A stretch of DNA of 64,000 bases, taken from the NCBI GenBank assembly GCA_964234715.1, contig OZ174280.1, one strand, 5' to 3'. Positions 24,139 through 37,530 of the stretch are shown piece after piece; position 1 is the stretch's first letter, and each line of letters starts with the position of its first letter. Both the position numbers and the translations under genes were made by a program. The notes beneath the pieces are model-generated. The model ran no database searches and was not told the origin of the DNA. It saw nothing but the letters and a program-made list of their open reading frames with translations. This stretch comes from Podarcis melisellensis (taxonomy: Eukaryota).

Positions 24139-25459
24139 TGCTTAAAAATGCAGCAGTACTTCTTCAGTCCCATAGAGTCCAACATTAGCTCCATAAAGCG
24201 CTGCTATTAGGGAGATGGGAGCAGCTATAAGTGTCTCTTAATGCCAGTGGGGAGGCAGGGAGCAGAGTGAGAGAGAGACTAATATAAAGGATAGAGGAGT
24301 ACATTCACCAAATTAGACTGGGCTGCTTGAGGTCTAGCTGCTGAGGTCTGCTTATTTCAATTAGCAATTGTGCAGCAAAGTTCCCTGGAGGCTACCATTA
24401 GCTCTCAACATGTTTCTTTACACAAAAATATATACAGCAGCAGCAGCAGTGTAGGCTAGCTTGACCATATCTATATAAGAATTCTTCAGTGTTTGGAATG
24501 AACTGATTCAGATGAAGTATTGCATTGTATTAATTAAAAAAATCTCTTACTCCCATAATTTCTGAGTGAACTGGACATGAATCATATTCCTCTTGCAGTT
24601 CAACTGTGGGTGATTTTCAGTTCAATTCAGTTTTAATTTTAATTCGTATAAGTTTGATTGCTCTTAAATCTGTGTTTGACTGTGGCTGTTGCATTTGCCA
24701 TTTTTCCTGTGTGAAAAATGATGCGGCTGTTTAAGCTTAAGGATCATAATTGTTGAGGAAATTAATAAAACAACAGTTCACTTTACACTGTGTGGGTGTT
24801 TTGATGTTTTCTTATGTATATTTTATACTTTAGCAGAGCCGCTTGTAAAAGTCTGAAGGCTGTTGGAGGGGGCGGGAAATACGGAAGAGCACACAAATGA
24901 ATTGTGAAGTGAATTGTGAAATAAAGTGGAATGGAATTAGGTCCATTTTGGAGGAGGTAAACTGGAAGTGGAACTAATTCCTTTTTCAAATCAACTTTCC
25001 AAGCACAAGAATGCTTACTCTCCTCCTTCAAGGAAGTAAAGCCAAGTTGTATATGCAAATAGATTCAAGAACTGACCTGGGGGACAAAAAACCTGGCCCT
25101 GCCTTCTGCATTTAAAAGTGGCTTGGAATGCAAAAAAATAAATAATAATGAGCTGGTTAAGCTTTTTACAGCATGGAGGAAAGCAGAATCACCTGCACAT
25201 CAGGCTGCTATGAGCATCCACTGCTGCTGTGTCCATTTGAAAATTTGGCAACCATATGAGCAAATACCTATTGCTTCTTTATGGTTTTCAGTTGTGAGCT
25301 TGCAATTGCCCAAATAATGATCTACAGTGTGTCTATTTATGATAGGGGTGTTGGGGAATGATTGCCAGTTTGCTGAACCATCTGAAGTTCAGAATGTGCA
25401 TGTTCTGATTCCCTGAGAAACCTGCTGCTCTGTCAATTGATCTTAGTTCCTACACAGGG

Positions 25460-25880
25460 AAACATGCTCCTGAAATATTTAAGTTTCAGATCGTTCAGAG
25501 TTTTATAGGTCATCTACAATATATTGAATTCAGCTTGGAAACATGTCTTTCAGCATTGGAGCAACATGGAATAAGATGGCATCTGTTGGTAACTGCGCTC
25601 AAAAGATGAACTGCCACATTTCATGTTTGGTTCAGTTTCCACACCATTTCCAGAGACTGCCCCATATCGAGTGTGTTACAGTAGCAGGTTACCAGAGCGT
25701 GCATTATTATGGTCAAGCTACCGCTTTTCCAGGAACAGACACAGCTGGTGCAACAGCCCAAATTGAGCACAGGCACTTTGTACTGCTGTTGCTCCAGTGA
25801 GAGATTCACATGAGGACCACCCATTCACCTGCTCTTCCAAGGGAAATGAAAGTCCATCAAGAACAGGTCATTCTCCTGTT
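25460..25880 (-). mobile_element. Degenerate L2 RT fragment
   Basis: HALVTCYCNTLDMGQSL resembles HALVTSRLDYCNxLYxGLPL. Confidence 0.65.
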
Positions 25881-25973
25881 TCCTGGACCTTGCTAGCTAG
25901 GAGAAGGACTGGTAAGGAGGACTGATTTCACACGTTTCCCACTGTATTAAGAGAGAGCACACTTGCCGGCCAT

Positions 25974-25974
<1 letters not shown>

Positions 25975-26017
<43 letters not shown>

Positions 26018-26310
26018 CAACAACATTTATACCCCACCCTCCCCAGCCAAGACGGCTAACAACCGATATAAAAACAAATTGAAATACACCTTAAAAAACA
26101 AGATTAAAATACAACATTAAAACTTTAAAATGCAGCCTCATTTCAATGGAAACTCAAATCAAAAACTTTTTGGAGGATGAAAACATTAGGTCTTCACCAA
26201 GGCTAACTATCCAGACTGGTCCTACACGGGCCAGAGAAAAGCCAGGGAAGTCCCCAAATAGGAGTTCCATCACAGGAGGAGAAAGGAAAAAAGAAAGGGG
26301 GAGGAAATCA
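25975..26310 (-). mobile_element. L2 3' UTR with (AAT)n(AAC)n tail
   Basis: TTTATACCCCACCCTCCCCAGCCAA..GGCTAAC matches the tail of the 47-kb L2. Confidence 0.75.
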
Positions 26311-26447
26311 AATTGATGTTATTACAATGATGTTATTTATTTAAACATCAATAATGGGGAGCATTTATGACTAGAGTCGGCTCTCTGCCACAGATATTCA
26401 TCCCCACAATGCATGGAATGCATTTGAGCCAGGCAATCAGGAGCGTA

Positions 26448-26673
26448 AAGTGGTACCTCGGATTAAGAACTTAATTCGTTCTGGAGGACTGTTCTTAACC
26501 TGAAACTGTTCTTAACCTGAGGTGCCACTTTAGCTAATGGGGCCTCCCATTGGCGCTGCACCACCGCTGCACAATTTCTGTTCTTATCCTGAAGCAAAGT
26601 TCTTAACCCAAGGTACTATTTCTGGGTTAACAGAGTCTGTAACCCGAAGCGTCTGTAACCCGAGGTACCACTG
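26448..26673. mobile_element. Tigger-like MITE
   Basis: TA-flanked, AGTGGTACCTCGG...CGAGGTACCACTG. Confidence 0.9.
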
Positions 26674-28323
26674 TAATTGCACTGGGGCCAGCCAGTGTGC
26701 CTTCAGTCATCCTTTTCCCACCACGGCAAAAAAAAGTTGCAAACTGAAATTCCTGTTTCAGTTACCTGTGGAAATAGATTAAAGGATTGGATTCTCTGAC
26801 AGGGTGTGGAAGTCACATGGCTAAACCTTCTTCCATGTTTTCTGCACAATCATTAGAGTGGAAGGAAGCGTATCCTCTGAATGTGGTCACCATAGCCAGC
26901 ATATACTTGCCAGTAAATGGGGCAAGTGGTTGGAGGAGGGTTCAAATCCCAACATAGCCTTGGGCTAATCACTGTCTCCCAGGCTGACCTACCTCATAGG
27001 ATTATTGTCTGATAAAAATAAATTTGGGAATCAAAATTTTCTTCAGTGTCCTGTTCTATAAAAGTTCTGCCTCTCCCCCCCCCCATGAAGCAAGCTACTT
27101 TGGTTTGTTGCCTGAAATCTCTAAATCGTTAAATATGGATGCATTAAAAACAACAAAGGGTTGTTTTTCTCCTAGATAAAGAAAGCAAAATTATCTTTAC
27201 GGCTGATATATTTCAGTTATGTGGAAATAGTCCTGTGAGGAGTATATCTCCAAATTGCTTTAAATACGTAGGTAAACAATAAACCAACGGGTAACTTCTT
27301 CCGTGCCAGACATATGTATCTGCTGCATTCAATAAAATTACAGCGGGGGCAGGATTTTTATTTTTTTTAAAAAAACAACAACAACACAAAACCCTCTGCA
27401 GTTTATTTTCTCATTTTCTTTTGTATGGCTTCATTGAGTGCTGCCGCATTGAGAAGGAGCTGGAAGCCATTTGAAAAACCCAGGGTGGCAATTTAATAAA
27501 AGTTCAACAGATGTGAAATGAGATGAGAGGGTGGCTTTCAAGATGTTTTAGAGGCCCATACACCACAAAGCTCTTTAGACACTGGCAGTTAACACACACC
27601 TTGTTCCCGCTTTGCTTTCTGACTCCTGTTCCCTGAAGGAACAGAAAACTAAATTAAGGGCATAAGTGTAAACAGTTCCTGAACCTGTCCCTCCACTCAC
27701 TTTCACCTGCAAATCAAGATGAAAGCAGGACGAGGAAATCATCAGTACGGACAGAACATTTACATGGGACAAATGTATAAAATTTGTAGACCTGGCAACT
27801 TTTCCCACCGGCTAAGATAACTTTAACAGCAGATTGATGTGGAGACATTAGCAGGCGACAAGACTTGTCTCAATGTTGTAGCTGGACTGTCCTGAGATGC
27901 ACCCCCTCTCTAGTTTGTAGCCCCATTCACAGGATGTGAAAATAGGAGCAGTGGAGCAGGGGCTGGGGAGGTATGTGGGGAGATGAAACTCAGAGAAAGG
28001 AGCAAAACTCAATTGTACCTCACATAAACCAAGTGTGCGCTATAGAACACGCCCTGGAATCCTATGGAACATGTAGGAGTTCCATGGAGGAGCCACATAT
28101 GAAGCTATGTTGTGGAAAATGTTCCCTGAAAGTAGAAAGTTTAAAAAGTTTGGTATCCAATTGTGACGTATCAGCTATTGATGCTTTCAAAACCCAAATA
28201 TCATTATACATCTTATATTGAAAACAATATCATTAGACAGCAAATGCAGGTATCCATTATCTGTAGAATAGTGTCTGTGCGTGTGTATCAGGCAACAACA
28301 AGAGACTACCTGGACATATTTGA

Positions 28324-28898
28324 AATACATTTTAAAAAATATAAAAAAATTGTCCAGAAGTACCTTAGAGACCAACTAAGTTTGTTTTTGGTATGAGCTT
28401 TCAGGTGCATGCCCACTTCTTCAGATACACTGAAACAGAAGTCACCAGACACTTATATATAGTGAGAGGGTGGGGAGGGGTTACTGGCTGATAGGTGTGG
28501 TAAACCTGTTGATGACTGTTAACAACTGCATTTGGTCTTACAGGAAAAAGCAAGGGATGAGATGGTGAAAAATAGCTTTATCATGTATAATGAGATAAGA
28601 ATCCAATGTCTCTATTCAGACCAGGTCTCTCCATGGTTTAAAGTTTGGTAATAAGTTGTAATTCAGCAACTTCTCTTTCCAGTCTATTTCTGAAATTCTT
28701 TTTGTAATATGACAGCTACTTTGAGAACTTGTATAGAATGTCCTGGGAGACTGAAATGTTCTCCTACTGGTTTCTCTGTCTTGACCTTAGCCTTTGGCGT
28801 AGGGTTTGTCCTGTTTGTCCAATATAGAGAGTTGAAGGGCACTGTTGGCATTTGATAGCATACACAATGTTAGAAGATGAGCAATTAAATACCTGAAT
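28324..28898 (-). mobile_element. Penelope-like element, 5'-truncated (GIY-YIG endonuclease fragment plus pLTR)
   Basis: FNCSSSNIVYAIKCQQCPSTLYIGQTGQTLRQR is a PLE GIY-YIG domain; perfect 14-bp TSD CTGGACATATTTGA (28310-28323 and 28899-28912). Confidence 0.92.
28391..28428 (-). ncRNA. Minimal type-I hammerhead ribozyme motif in the Penelope pLTR (stem II degraded)
   Basis: guau-CUGAAGA-agugggcaugcaccu-GAAA-gc-UC-auac. Confidence 0.7.
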
Positions 28899-30562
28899 CT
28901 GGACATATTTGACGCAGACAAGATCAGAATGGAGATCCCCACCCCCCTTGATTAAATTCATCTCAGATTTTTCTAATCGGTGGGAGATTCTGCTGAATAA
29001 AGAACTGTGTTCATGTCAAGAATGCTATGTACTCCCCCCTCATGGGTGTGGGTGTATGTGGGTGTGTGCCTATCCATGCCTGTGTAAATGTTTGTGGGTA
29101 GCAACTGGTTTTTTTATAGTATCAAAAGGGATGTCATCTATAGTTTCCTCCTTTCAAATATGAAGATGCTCTTAGAGTTTATGCAGTATTTTATATTTCA
29201 ATGTGCATTTGATTTGATTGGTTTTATTGTGATTGAAGACTTAAGATGTGGAGGGTTAGAAATTTAGCATTAAAAAAAATATCAGTGACCTTCCGCCCAT
29301 CTCTCATAACAGAATTCTATGTAGTATACTTAGGGGTTCTCAGACAGTCTCGCATTCAGCCACTGATAAGACCTGGACTTGTTTAGCTTAAGTGAGCTTA
29401 CTGCATCACATGCCTACAGGCCTTGCTATTAAATCACAGTTACACTGAAATGCAATGTTCATGAAGTTCCTAGACATAAAGCATTAACATTCTTGAAGTA
29501 CCATGTCCCCTATCCAGTCTCTCCTACCCAACACCCAATATGACTGTGTAGGGGGGACAAATGTCACAAATCTCATCTCATAAACTTGGTCCTAAACTGC
29601 TTCCCTCTAATGACATTTTTTTTTGGGGGGGGGAGCTGTGAAGCTGTTAGGGCAGGATTTGCAGACAGAAATCCAGGATCCCCACACAGCAGGAGGCTCT
29701 CCAAGCACAGCAGAACTGGCTTGCCAGATTTTGAAGTAACTGATGTAGTACACATCTAAAGAGAATAGCAGTGTAAGGCCATTAAATACAAAATCTAAAA
29801 TTATTTAAGTATTTGGGGCATTTGTATGTTTGTGTGCAAAAGTGATGTTGCACACCACAGATCTATCACATCTACAGGGGATATGGCAAAGGGAACATTT
29901 GCACATTTAGGTTTCTGAGTGCCAAGCACAGCTATTTATTATAATGCTGTTGTACATTCTCTTTGGTTCCAGTAAAAGTTTATAGTCTGTTTAATTTCCT
30001 ATGTCACAATGCCAGGAGAAAACAAGGTAAGAAAACAACACTCATAAAAGCAATGACCTAATAAATTTGGGGAGAATTTAGCAACTTTTGTTTTCCTTCT
30101 AAGACTTCGTGTACGTGTCCATGTCTAACAAGAGACAACTTCCCTCCTTCTTCTCTCTCTGTGGATTCTGCAGAGACATATTTCACTGAAAGAACTGCTT
30201 GCCACAGGATTTGACACTAAGAGAAAATGAATGATTTGAAGAGTCCAAAAATGGTTGCTACAAGGAATGAGGAGCAAGGACAGCTATTTTTATTCTCTGG
30301 GCCAATTGTGGCATGGTTGTCTGCTGCTTCAGTTGTGTTTGACTTGTTCACAATGCCCTTCTCTGGAGGTCTCTCATACATCAGGATTAAAGGCATAACC
30401 CATGCCCTGTATATGACTTAATTAATAGCAGTCATATTATAAATAACTTGCCTGTAAATAGCAAATGGCAGGGAAAAGGCTGCAGGCTGAGCAATTGTAG
30501 ACAGCAGTCGCATACAACCTATTCAGCCATTCCCAGGTCCTGAAAACCCTTAGTTCATCTTT

Positions 30563-30788
30563 CTACAAGAAAGAAGATTCCACCTAAACATTAGGAAGAA
30601 CTTCCTGACAGTAAGAGCTGTTCGACAGTGGAATTTGCTGCCAAGGAGTGTGGTGGAGTCTCCTTCTTTGGAGGTCTTTAAGCAGAAGCTTGACAACCAT
30701 ATGTCAGGAGTGCTCTGATGGTGTTTACTGCTTGGCAGGGGGTTGGACTTGATGGCCCTTGTGGTCTCTTCCAGCTCTATGATTCTAT
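30563..30788 (+). mobile_element. CR1 LINE 3' end, young
   Basis: Encodes [24 protein letters not shown]; CR1 3' UTR ending CTATGATTCTAT. Confidence 0.93.
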
Positions 30789-31189
30789 TATCCTTCTCCA
30801 ACCCGCTGTGCTGCAGATGTTTTGAACTACAGCTCCCATCGGTCTCAGCCAGCATGGTCCATGATCAGGGATGATGAGAACAGTAGCATGGGTCCTAGCT
30901 CAACATTCTAAGCATTTCCCCACACTGGTAGAAATATTTTCCTCTGTACTCAGGTCTTTGACCTTTAACTATATGTGGCCTTTTAGAAGTGGGTGGGCTG
31001 TTTTTAAAATATTTCTTTTTCCTCTTGATTTTGATGTATCTATGTGGTTTAAATGCCCATTTGCTTGGTTGTAAGCCACTTTGGGTTGCCTGGGCAAGAT
31101 AAAGTGACTGACAAAATTAATTAATAATGCTAATATTAATAATGCTACTACTGCTACTACTACTAATGGCTATGCTTTGCCTCCACAGT

Positions 31190-31497
31190 CAGAGGTCCAG
31201 TTCTGAGGGCCTTCTTGTGGTTCTCTCACTGCAAGAAGTGAGATTACAGGGAACCAGGCAGAGAGCCTTCTTAGTAGTGGCCCTCCCTGTGGAACACCCT
31301 TCCATCAGATTTCAATGAAATAAAGAAGTATCTGACTTTTAGAAGACATCTGAAGGCAGCCCTGTTTAAGGAAGTTTTTAATGTTTGATGTTTTATTGTG
31401 TTTTTAATATTCTGTTGGGAGCCACCCACAGTGGCTGAGGAAACCCAGCCAGATGGGCAGGGTATAAATAATAAATTATTTTATTATTTTTATTATT
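31190..31497 (+). mobile_element. L2 LINE 3' end
   Basis: RSSSEGLLVV..EVRLQGTRQRAF.V; 3' UTR ending GGTATAAATAATAAATTATT. Confidence 0.88.
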
Positions 31498-34400
31498 ATA
31501 GTTGCTGGAAAATGAAGAGAGAGTGCTTTTGCACTTGAGTCCTGCTTGTGGGCTTAACACAGATCTAGCAGTACTATTCTTAGCATTTTGTGTTGAGGGG
31601 TCTGCATACTGAACACTGGTCCAGCAGAGCTGCTATAGCATATTTTGTCCAAAGACATTCATGGAAGTTAGAGATAGCAGGAGGGAATTCTTGTTTAGTC
31701 TACCCCACATATTGCAGGTGGGGAAGGGATGATAAAAATGGAAGGTACCTTCCACATGGGCTCCACAATTCTAAAACCAGGACTGTGCTGATACTCAGTG
31801 CATCTCAGTATGGCTTCCTAGGCATTTAACTGCTGTTATTGCAAAGGCAACAATTTAGGCCTGAGCTGCAGAGCTCAATGTGTAGCTTTAAAAGAAGAAT
31901 GGTTGCACTTTTCACAGGAACAAATCGCACATCGATGTGGTGGTGGGGAGATGAGATGTCAGCAATTAGATTAGATGGTCAGACAATTAAATATCAAGAA
32001 CAAAGAGATGTTACAGTGTAGAGCAACTTTCTCTTAACTCATTTAAATGTAATTGAATGGAAATTGCTTCTATGTAGGCCACAGATGAAAGAGCAAAGGG
32101 CCTCTGTTAATTATTAGCCTAGATTTCCATATCCTCCAACATTTCACAAATGAAAACCAGGACATGTTTGTACGAGCATCCTCATTTCTATACCAAGTTT
32201 TGCTGCCTGAGCCCTTTGTACTATATTATTCATTGTTGGTGCCTCTATTCCACTGGCTCTGTGTATTTGTTTTGGGGGATTTGTTTTTGAAATACTCTAT
32301 CTTCTATTGATTTCAAGGCCAAGAGGATGTTTGTTCTTTTGATTAAAGATAAAGATAGCAGCACAATCCTATAAATGTCTACTCAGAAGTAAGTCCCAAT
32401 GGCACACTGAGTGCTGTGTGGCGGATAGGGAGGTTGGAGAATTTGATGGAAATGGAAATTGCTGCAGTTCACATGTTCACCTGTTGTCTGAAACAGAAAG
32501 CAGCTAAGTGAATATGATCAGCAATCACTCACATTCTTGCTAGCAAACAATACATTGTTAATGACTTTTTTTTTACATTGTTTTGACATTTCCTTTACAC
32601 TGAAATGTGGAACTTATTTTTATCTTTTTTAAACCAATTCTTTTGTGTATAGCTTTATTTATTCTTCCATTCTTCCATGACAGAATCTATCCCAACATCC
32701 CAAGATGGAGACATGCTGCCAGAATGCAACTGAAAATGGATGAAAGGGATGTTGCAAACTTAGGATAATGGTTGAATGGAACTGAAGGAATCTATTCGTC
32801 CCTAATTTTATTCCAAGAAAACTGCATGGTGATAAGGGTTAAACACTGCCCTTAAAATAAAAATAAAAGCTGAGAGTCGCTGAGGAATCTTCTACATAAA
32901 AACAAGAACACCAGGAAATCAAATCATTGAGCTCCTACATGACATGTAATGTGGTCATGAATGTCAACAAGCACAATATTTCAGACATTCATTGCCTGTT
33001 AACATATGGAACATTTCTATAAACAACTGATAAAGATAGCATTAAACTGTAAATGGCTTGTTGCCCTATTTTGTATTTCAAGAAGATTATTCAGAATTAA
33101 CGTAATGGACAGATGCATTTGTATGAATCTGCCTTTTACAGAGACACAATGTCTAGTGGTATACAATTGAAATGGAGCCATTTTAAAATTCAGCTTGATC
33201 CAGGCGACCTCTGTCAGAAGAAAATAATCCCAAACAAATGTGCTCAGGATTAGTAGTGCTGGGAATGCGAGACAGCCCAGCAGGTCAAGTTCCCAATTAT
33301 GCGGTTAAGCAACGTATTCCACTAACGGAATGTTCTTAAAATGATATGATAGGAGCACTGCTCTAGTTAAGGCAAGTAGTGATAACAAGGTTCTGTCACT
33401 ATAAGCCTCAACATTTGGTAGCTTATACAAATGGCATCTGCTGAGCTAATAACCTGAAACTTGGCAGACATGGTCTAATTTGGAAGTTCTACAGAAGTAC
33501 CAAATTTAACACTGATTTGATAAAATTGCCAATGATATGGCAAATCAAAGAGTGCTGAGAGTTGACATTTTGAGCTCCCTTTTCGTGTCATTAAAGAGCA
33601 TCTATATTGCTTTTCAGTTTTGCCGAAAAAACTACTGATGTACTTTATACAGGCTTTTTGCAGAGTATATTATTTTCCTGGTTTGTCTGATGACCAGTGA
33701 GCTGCAGCTGGACTATAGTCCTGCAATAAAAAGTAGTACGGAGCACACAGAAAATGATTACTATACTCTTAGTTTCAGTCACCACAGTCCTTGTCTTCTG
33801 AATTAATTTCACCAAAAAGTAATTAGCACCTCTATTAAATTAGTGGCACTTTTTAATTTAGTACCATTTACCATGCATGACAGGCAAAACAAACACTATT
33901 GGCACCTAAGAGTGTACAGTCAGTATCACACCAGAGATTATCTGTTAATGCATGTTAAGAACAATGTCCTGTGCAAGGGCAAGCCATCTAAAAAAGGAAT
34001 CCAAAAAAGGAATTTCCCCATTCTTTCATTTCCGGTTGTTGTACCCTGGGAATTTTAATCCATGAGACTGAGAGGCCAACCCCTGATCATGTCCCTGAAA
34101 ATGTGCTTACAGATATGACAACCCAACTTTTCATTGTAATGTTTTGCTAATGTGGATTTAAATATCATTATGACATGTATGCTATATATAATTTGTTCAC
34201 CGTTCTTATGAGCCGCTTTCAACATAAATGTGGAAAAGTGGCATATAAATAAATTGACGATAACAAAAGGGAAATAGCCCCATTTCACTCACCACAAAGA
34301 CATAAGGTAAGAGTGTGTGTGTGTGTGTGCCCATTACCCATCTCAGCAAAAGATCTTGGGAATAAAATGTTTTATTTTAAATAATGCAGAAGCAGATTTA

Positions 34401-35270
34401 GTTGTATCCACAAAATCCTGCTTAATCCATGGATTTGTATCATTTGCTGACTATGCTGAGAATTTTGCCTGCATTTAATCCTTCAGCTTGTGAAGATAAA
34501 TGGTTTATTTAAATATTTAGCTGCACTTTGTCAACATCAGAGGAGTAGGGGGGAGGGGGGTGATGGATGGCAGCAATTATACAGGGTGCATCTCCATTAA
34601 CACACAATTTTTGTCCAGGTATGAAGTCTGCCTCTCAGAGGAGTCGCTTAATGATGAGGACTCAAAAGGAATTTTAATTACCACTTTAGAGTTATCATGC
34701 TCATTTGCAGTTGGATCTCAGAGTAGTTAAATTTGACAGTGGTTAGACGTCTAAGTATAGTTAGGTACTATATGTGAACTTTTGCTTATCTACTTAGCAA
34801 TGTTAATTTCCAATGCCTGGGAGTTAAAGTAGGTCATCACCTGTTGGAACCAAGCTCCTCCATGCAAGATTTTATTTTATTTTATTTTTTTAAAAAAACA
34901 CCTTGCTGGCCCTTGGGAAGGAGTTTCTCTTTTTGTCTGAACATCAGTGACTGGCCCACTTAGAAAAAAAGGAAACCAATGCTGTGGAATTGCAGGTTTC
35001 TTCCACCCAAAGAAATACCCTTCATTTTGGGAGACTATGAGCTAATTCAAACCTCATGCAACAAACAGAGCTCTATGCAGACATCCTAGTTTCTGAAGAA
35101 TCCTTGCACTGGTGCTAGTGATAGGGATGTAAGGAGACAGTGATTTCCATCCAGTGCTGTGTCCACCACAATCAGTGCTATTTCCATTCCACTGCAGTTT
35201 GACTTCCGGTAACACCTATGTTGTTGTGTGCCATGCTGTCTGCTGTTGCCCAAACTACTGTAATTATGTA

Positions 35271-35479
35271 CAGTGGTACCTCGGGTTAAGTACTTAATTC
35301 GTTCTGGAGGTCCATTCTTAACCTGAAGCACCACTTTAGCTAATGGGGCCTCCTGCTGCTGCCGCACCGCCGGATCATGATTTCTGTTCTCATCCTGAAG
35401 CAAAGTTCTTAACCTGAGGTACTATTTCTGGGTTAGCGGAGTCTGTAACCTGAAGCGTATGTAACCTGAGGTACCACTG
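35271..35479. mobile_element. Tigger-like MITE
   Basis: TA-CAGTGGTACCTC...GAGGTACCACTG-TA. Confidence 0.93.
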
Positions 35480-35600
35480 TAATCAGTTTTGAGGCAGATA
35501 GCTTAGGGCTAGTCAGTGCACAAAGGGGTAGAGGACCACAGAGTTGTATTACTGCTAGATCACACACCCCTAGATATAATGAGGCCACCAGAGGTGAAAG

Positions 35601-36440
35601 TGTTGCTCCCCATCCACAGGTTGTGGTTCGAGGACCTGACCCCCACAATGTGAAATGAATACACAAGGACACGTGATGTAAGGTTAATGGGCAAGAAAAG
35701 GCCACAACTTTATTGACTACAGCAGTGAAAAGGTATTGGCTTAGGCATTGGATGTCTAAAACAAGGGGGTTTATTCACCAGTAGGTGGAGCCTGTTGATG
35801 CTAATCCAACTATAGGCTCTCCCCTGATGTCACCAAGGGTCGTGCCATGGCCTCCCGCCAAGCAGGCATCGGACAGAGTACACGACCGCCAGATTCCTTT
35901 AACGGAATACCCAAAAATTGAAGGCATAGGCGATGGCCACACCTAGCCCTTTGACACACCACAAAACATTATTCCAATGCCTAACCTACCCACCAATACC
36001 ACAAAAATTGTGACGATTGCTACGAGGTAGGCGAAAAAACCAAAAAGCCTAATGCCAAATGGAAAAATTCCTACCAGGCCCCCTGGACAACCAGGGCCAC
36101 CAACCTAAGGTCCATAGCAAGTCCAATGAACTAAGACCCTGAGCTCAAAGGGAGTGGAGGGTGGGTGACTCGCGACGAGACGACGGAGAAGAATGAGGCT
36201 GAGGAGAGGCTGGCGCCGCAGCAAAAGGCTGCTGTAAACGCCCCCTCGGAGGCACCTGGTTGGGTGCCTGCCAAGGAGGCGTGGGCGCCAGCCAGGTGAG
36301 AGGAGGAGACAGGGGCGGAGCTCGGGCTCCTGCCCACAACCACTCCCCTCTCTTCCAGGGAGGAGAGTCTTTGTCACAGCAAACACATGGAATAATAAAG
36401 CAAGGATAGAAGGGAATCCTTTCATCCTTAGCCAGCAACA
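35601..36440 (-). mobile_element. Probable solo LTR, CpG-rich; boundaries ambiguous
   Basis: Minus-strand AATAAA near 35709-35714. Outer ends TGTTGCT/AGCAACA with flanks TGAAAG/TGAATG; alternative inner ends TGTGG (35622)/CCACA (36338). Confidence 0.6.
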
Positions 36441-37188
36441 TGAATGTAAGATTGGGGCCATTTATATGGTAATTACCATTTATATGGTAATAATACGATG
36501 CCATCCTGCTCTGGATAAAGTATGAAGGAATGCCCATGTGCTTAGTGGTAGGTGTGTGATTCTAAAACTTCAAAAGATAACCTTTGATCATCTTTTCGGT
36601 ATGGTAGATTTGTGGAGACAACTTGAAATGCCTCCTTATGCCAGTAGCTCTGTCTTGCTGCTATATCATATGGACTGTGGAAACCATCCATCGGAGTAAA
36701 TCCACATACCATGTGACTCTATTGCCAGACAGAAAGATCTGCAGAGATTTCCATCTGGCTGCTGTAACATTTCAATTGACCTGCATGGGAATGTAAACCA
36801 GACATTAAATCCTATAAAAGCAATGTGATTACTCTTCTGCAATAAGAGCATAAGAACATAAGATGAGCCTGATGGATCAGGCCAAAGACCCATCTGATAA
36901 TGATGGTTAAGTAAGAGGAGGATCAGAAATGCTGACAGAGTTTGCTCCAAATGGGAAATGTTGAGAAATATACCATTTCAACCCTTATGGATCATCAGTA
37001 CAGGAGTCAATGCTATACTCATTTACCTGAGAGTACTTGGGTCCTGCTTGGCGGTTTCCTACAGTCATCTGGTTGGCCACTGTGAAAACAGGATTCTGGA
37101 TTAGATGGGCCATTGGCCTGATCCAGCAGGCTTTCCTTATGTACTTAGTAAGCCCCCTAGAACTCAATGAGACCAGATTCTGAGTGCT

Positions 37189-37458
37189 GAAGAAGAAGAG
37201 GAGGAGGAGGAGGAGGAGGAGGAGTCTGGATTTGATATCCCACTTTATCACTACCTGAAGGAGTCTCAAAGCGGCTAACATTCTCCTTTCCCTTCCTCAC
37301 CCACAGCAAACACTCTGTGAGGTGAGTGGGGCTGAGAGACTTCAGAGAAGTGTGACTGGCCCAAGGTCACCCAGCAGCTGCATGTGGAGGAGCGGAGACG
37401 CAAACCCGGTTCCCCAGATTACGAATATACCACTCTTAACCACTGCACCACACTGGCG
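37189..37458 (-). mobile_element. Squam3 / MIR(CORE)-derived SINE with (CTC)n(TTC)n tail
   Basis: Head GCCAGTGTGGTGCAGTGGTTAAGAG, B-box-like GGTTTGCGTCTCC, CORE TGGGTGACCTTGGGCCAGTCAC. Confidence 0.88.
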
Positions 37459-37530
37459 CTCATCAAGAGGCTCTCAGCAAGAGAAGTGATAGGAATGGAC
37501 TCACAATGGCTTCACAATGGTTTATTTCTA

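Noticed and set aside
36105-36537. Overlapping 70-130-aa ORFs
   Set aside because: Expected in GC-rich LTR sequence; no retroviral domain and no shared SPRxRR architecture.
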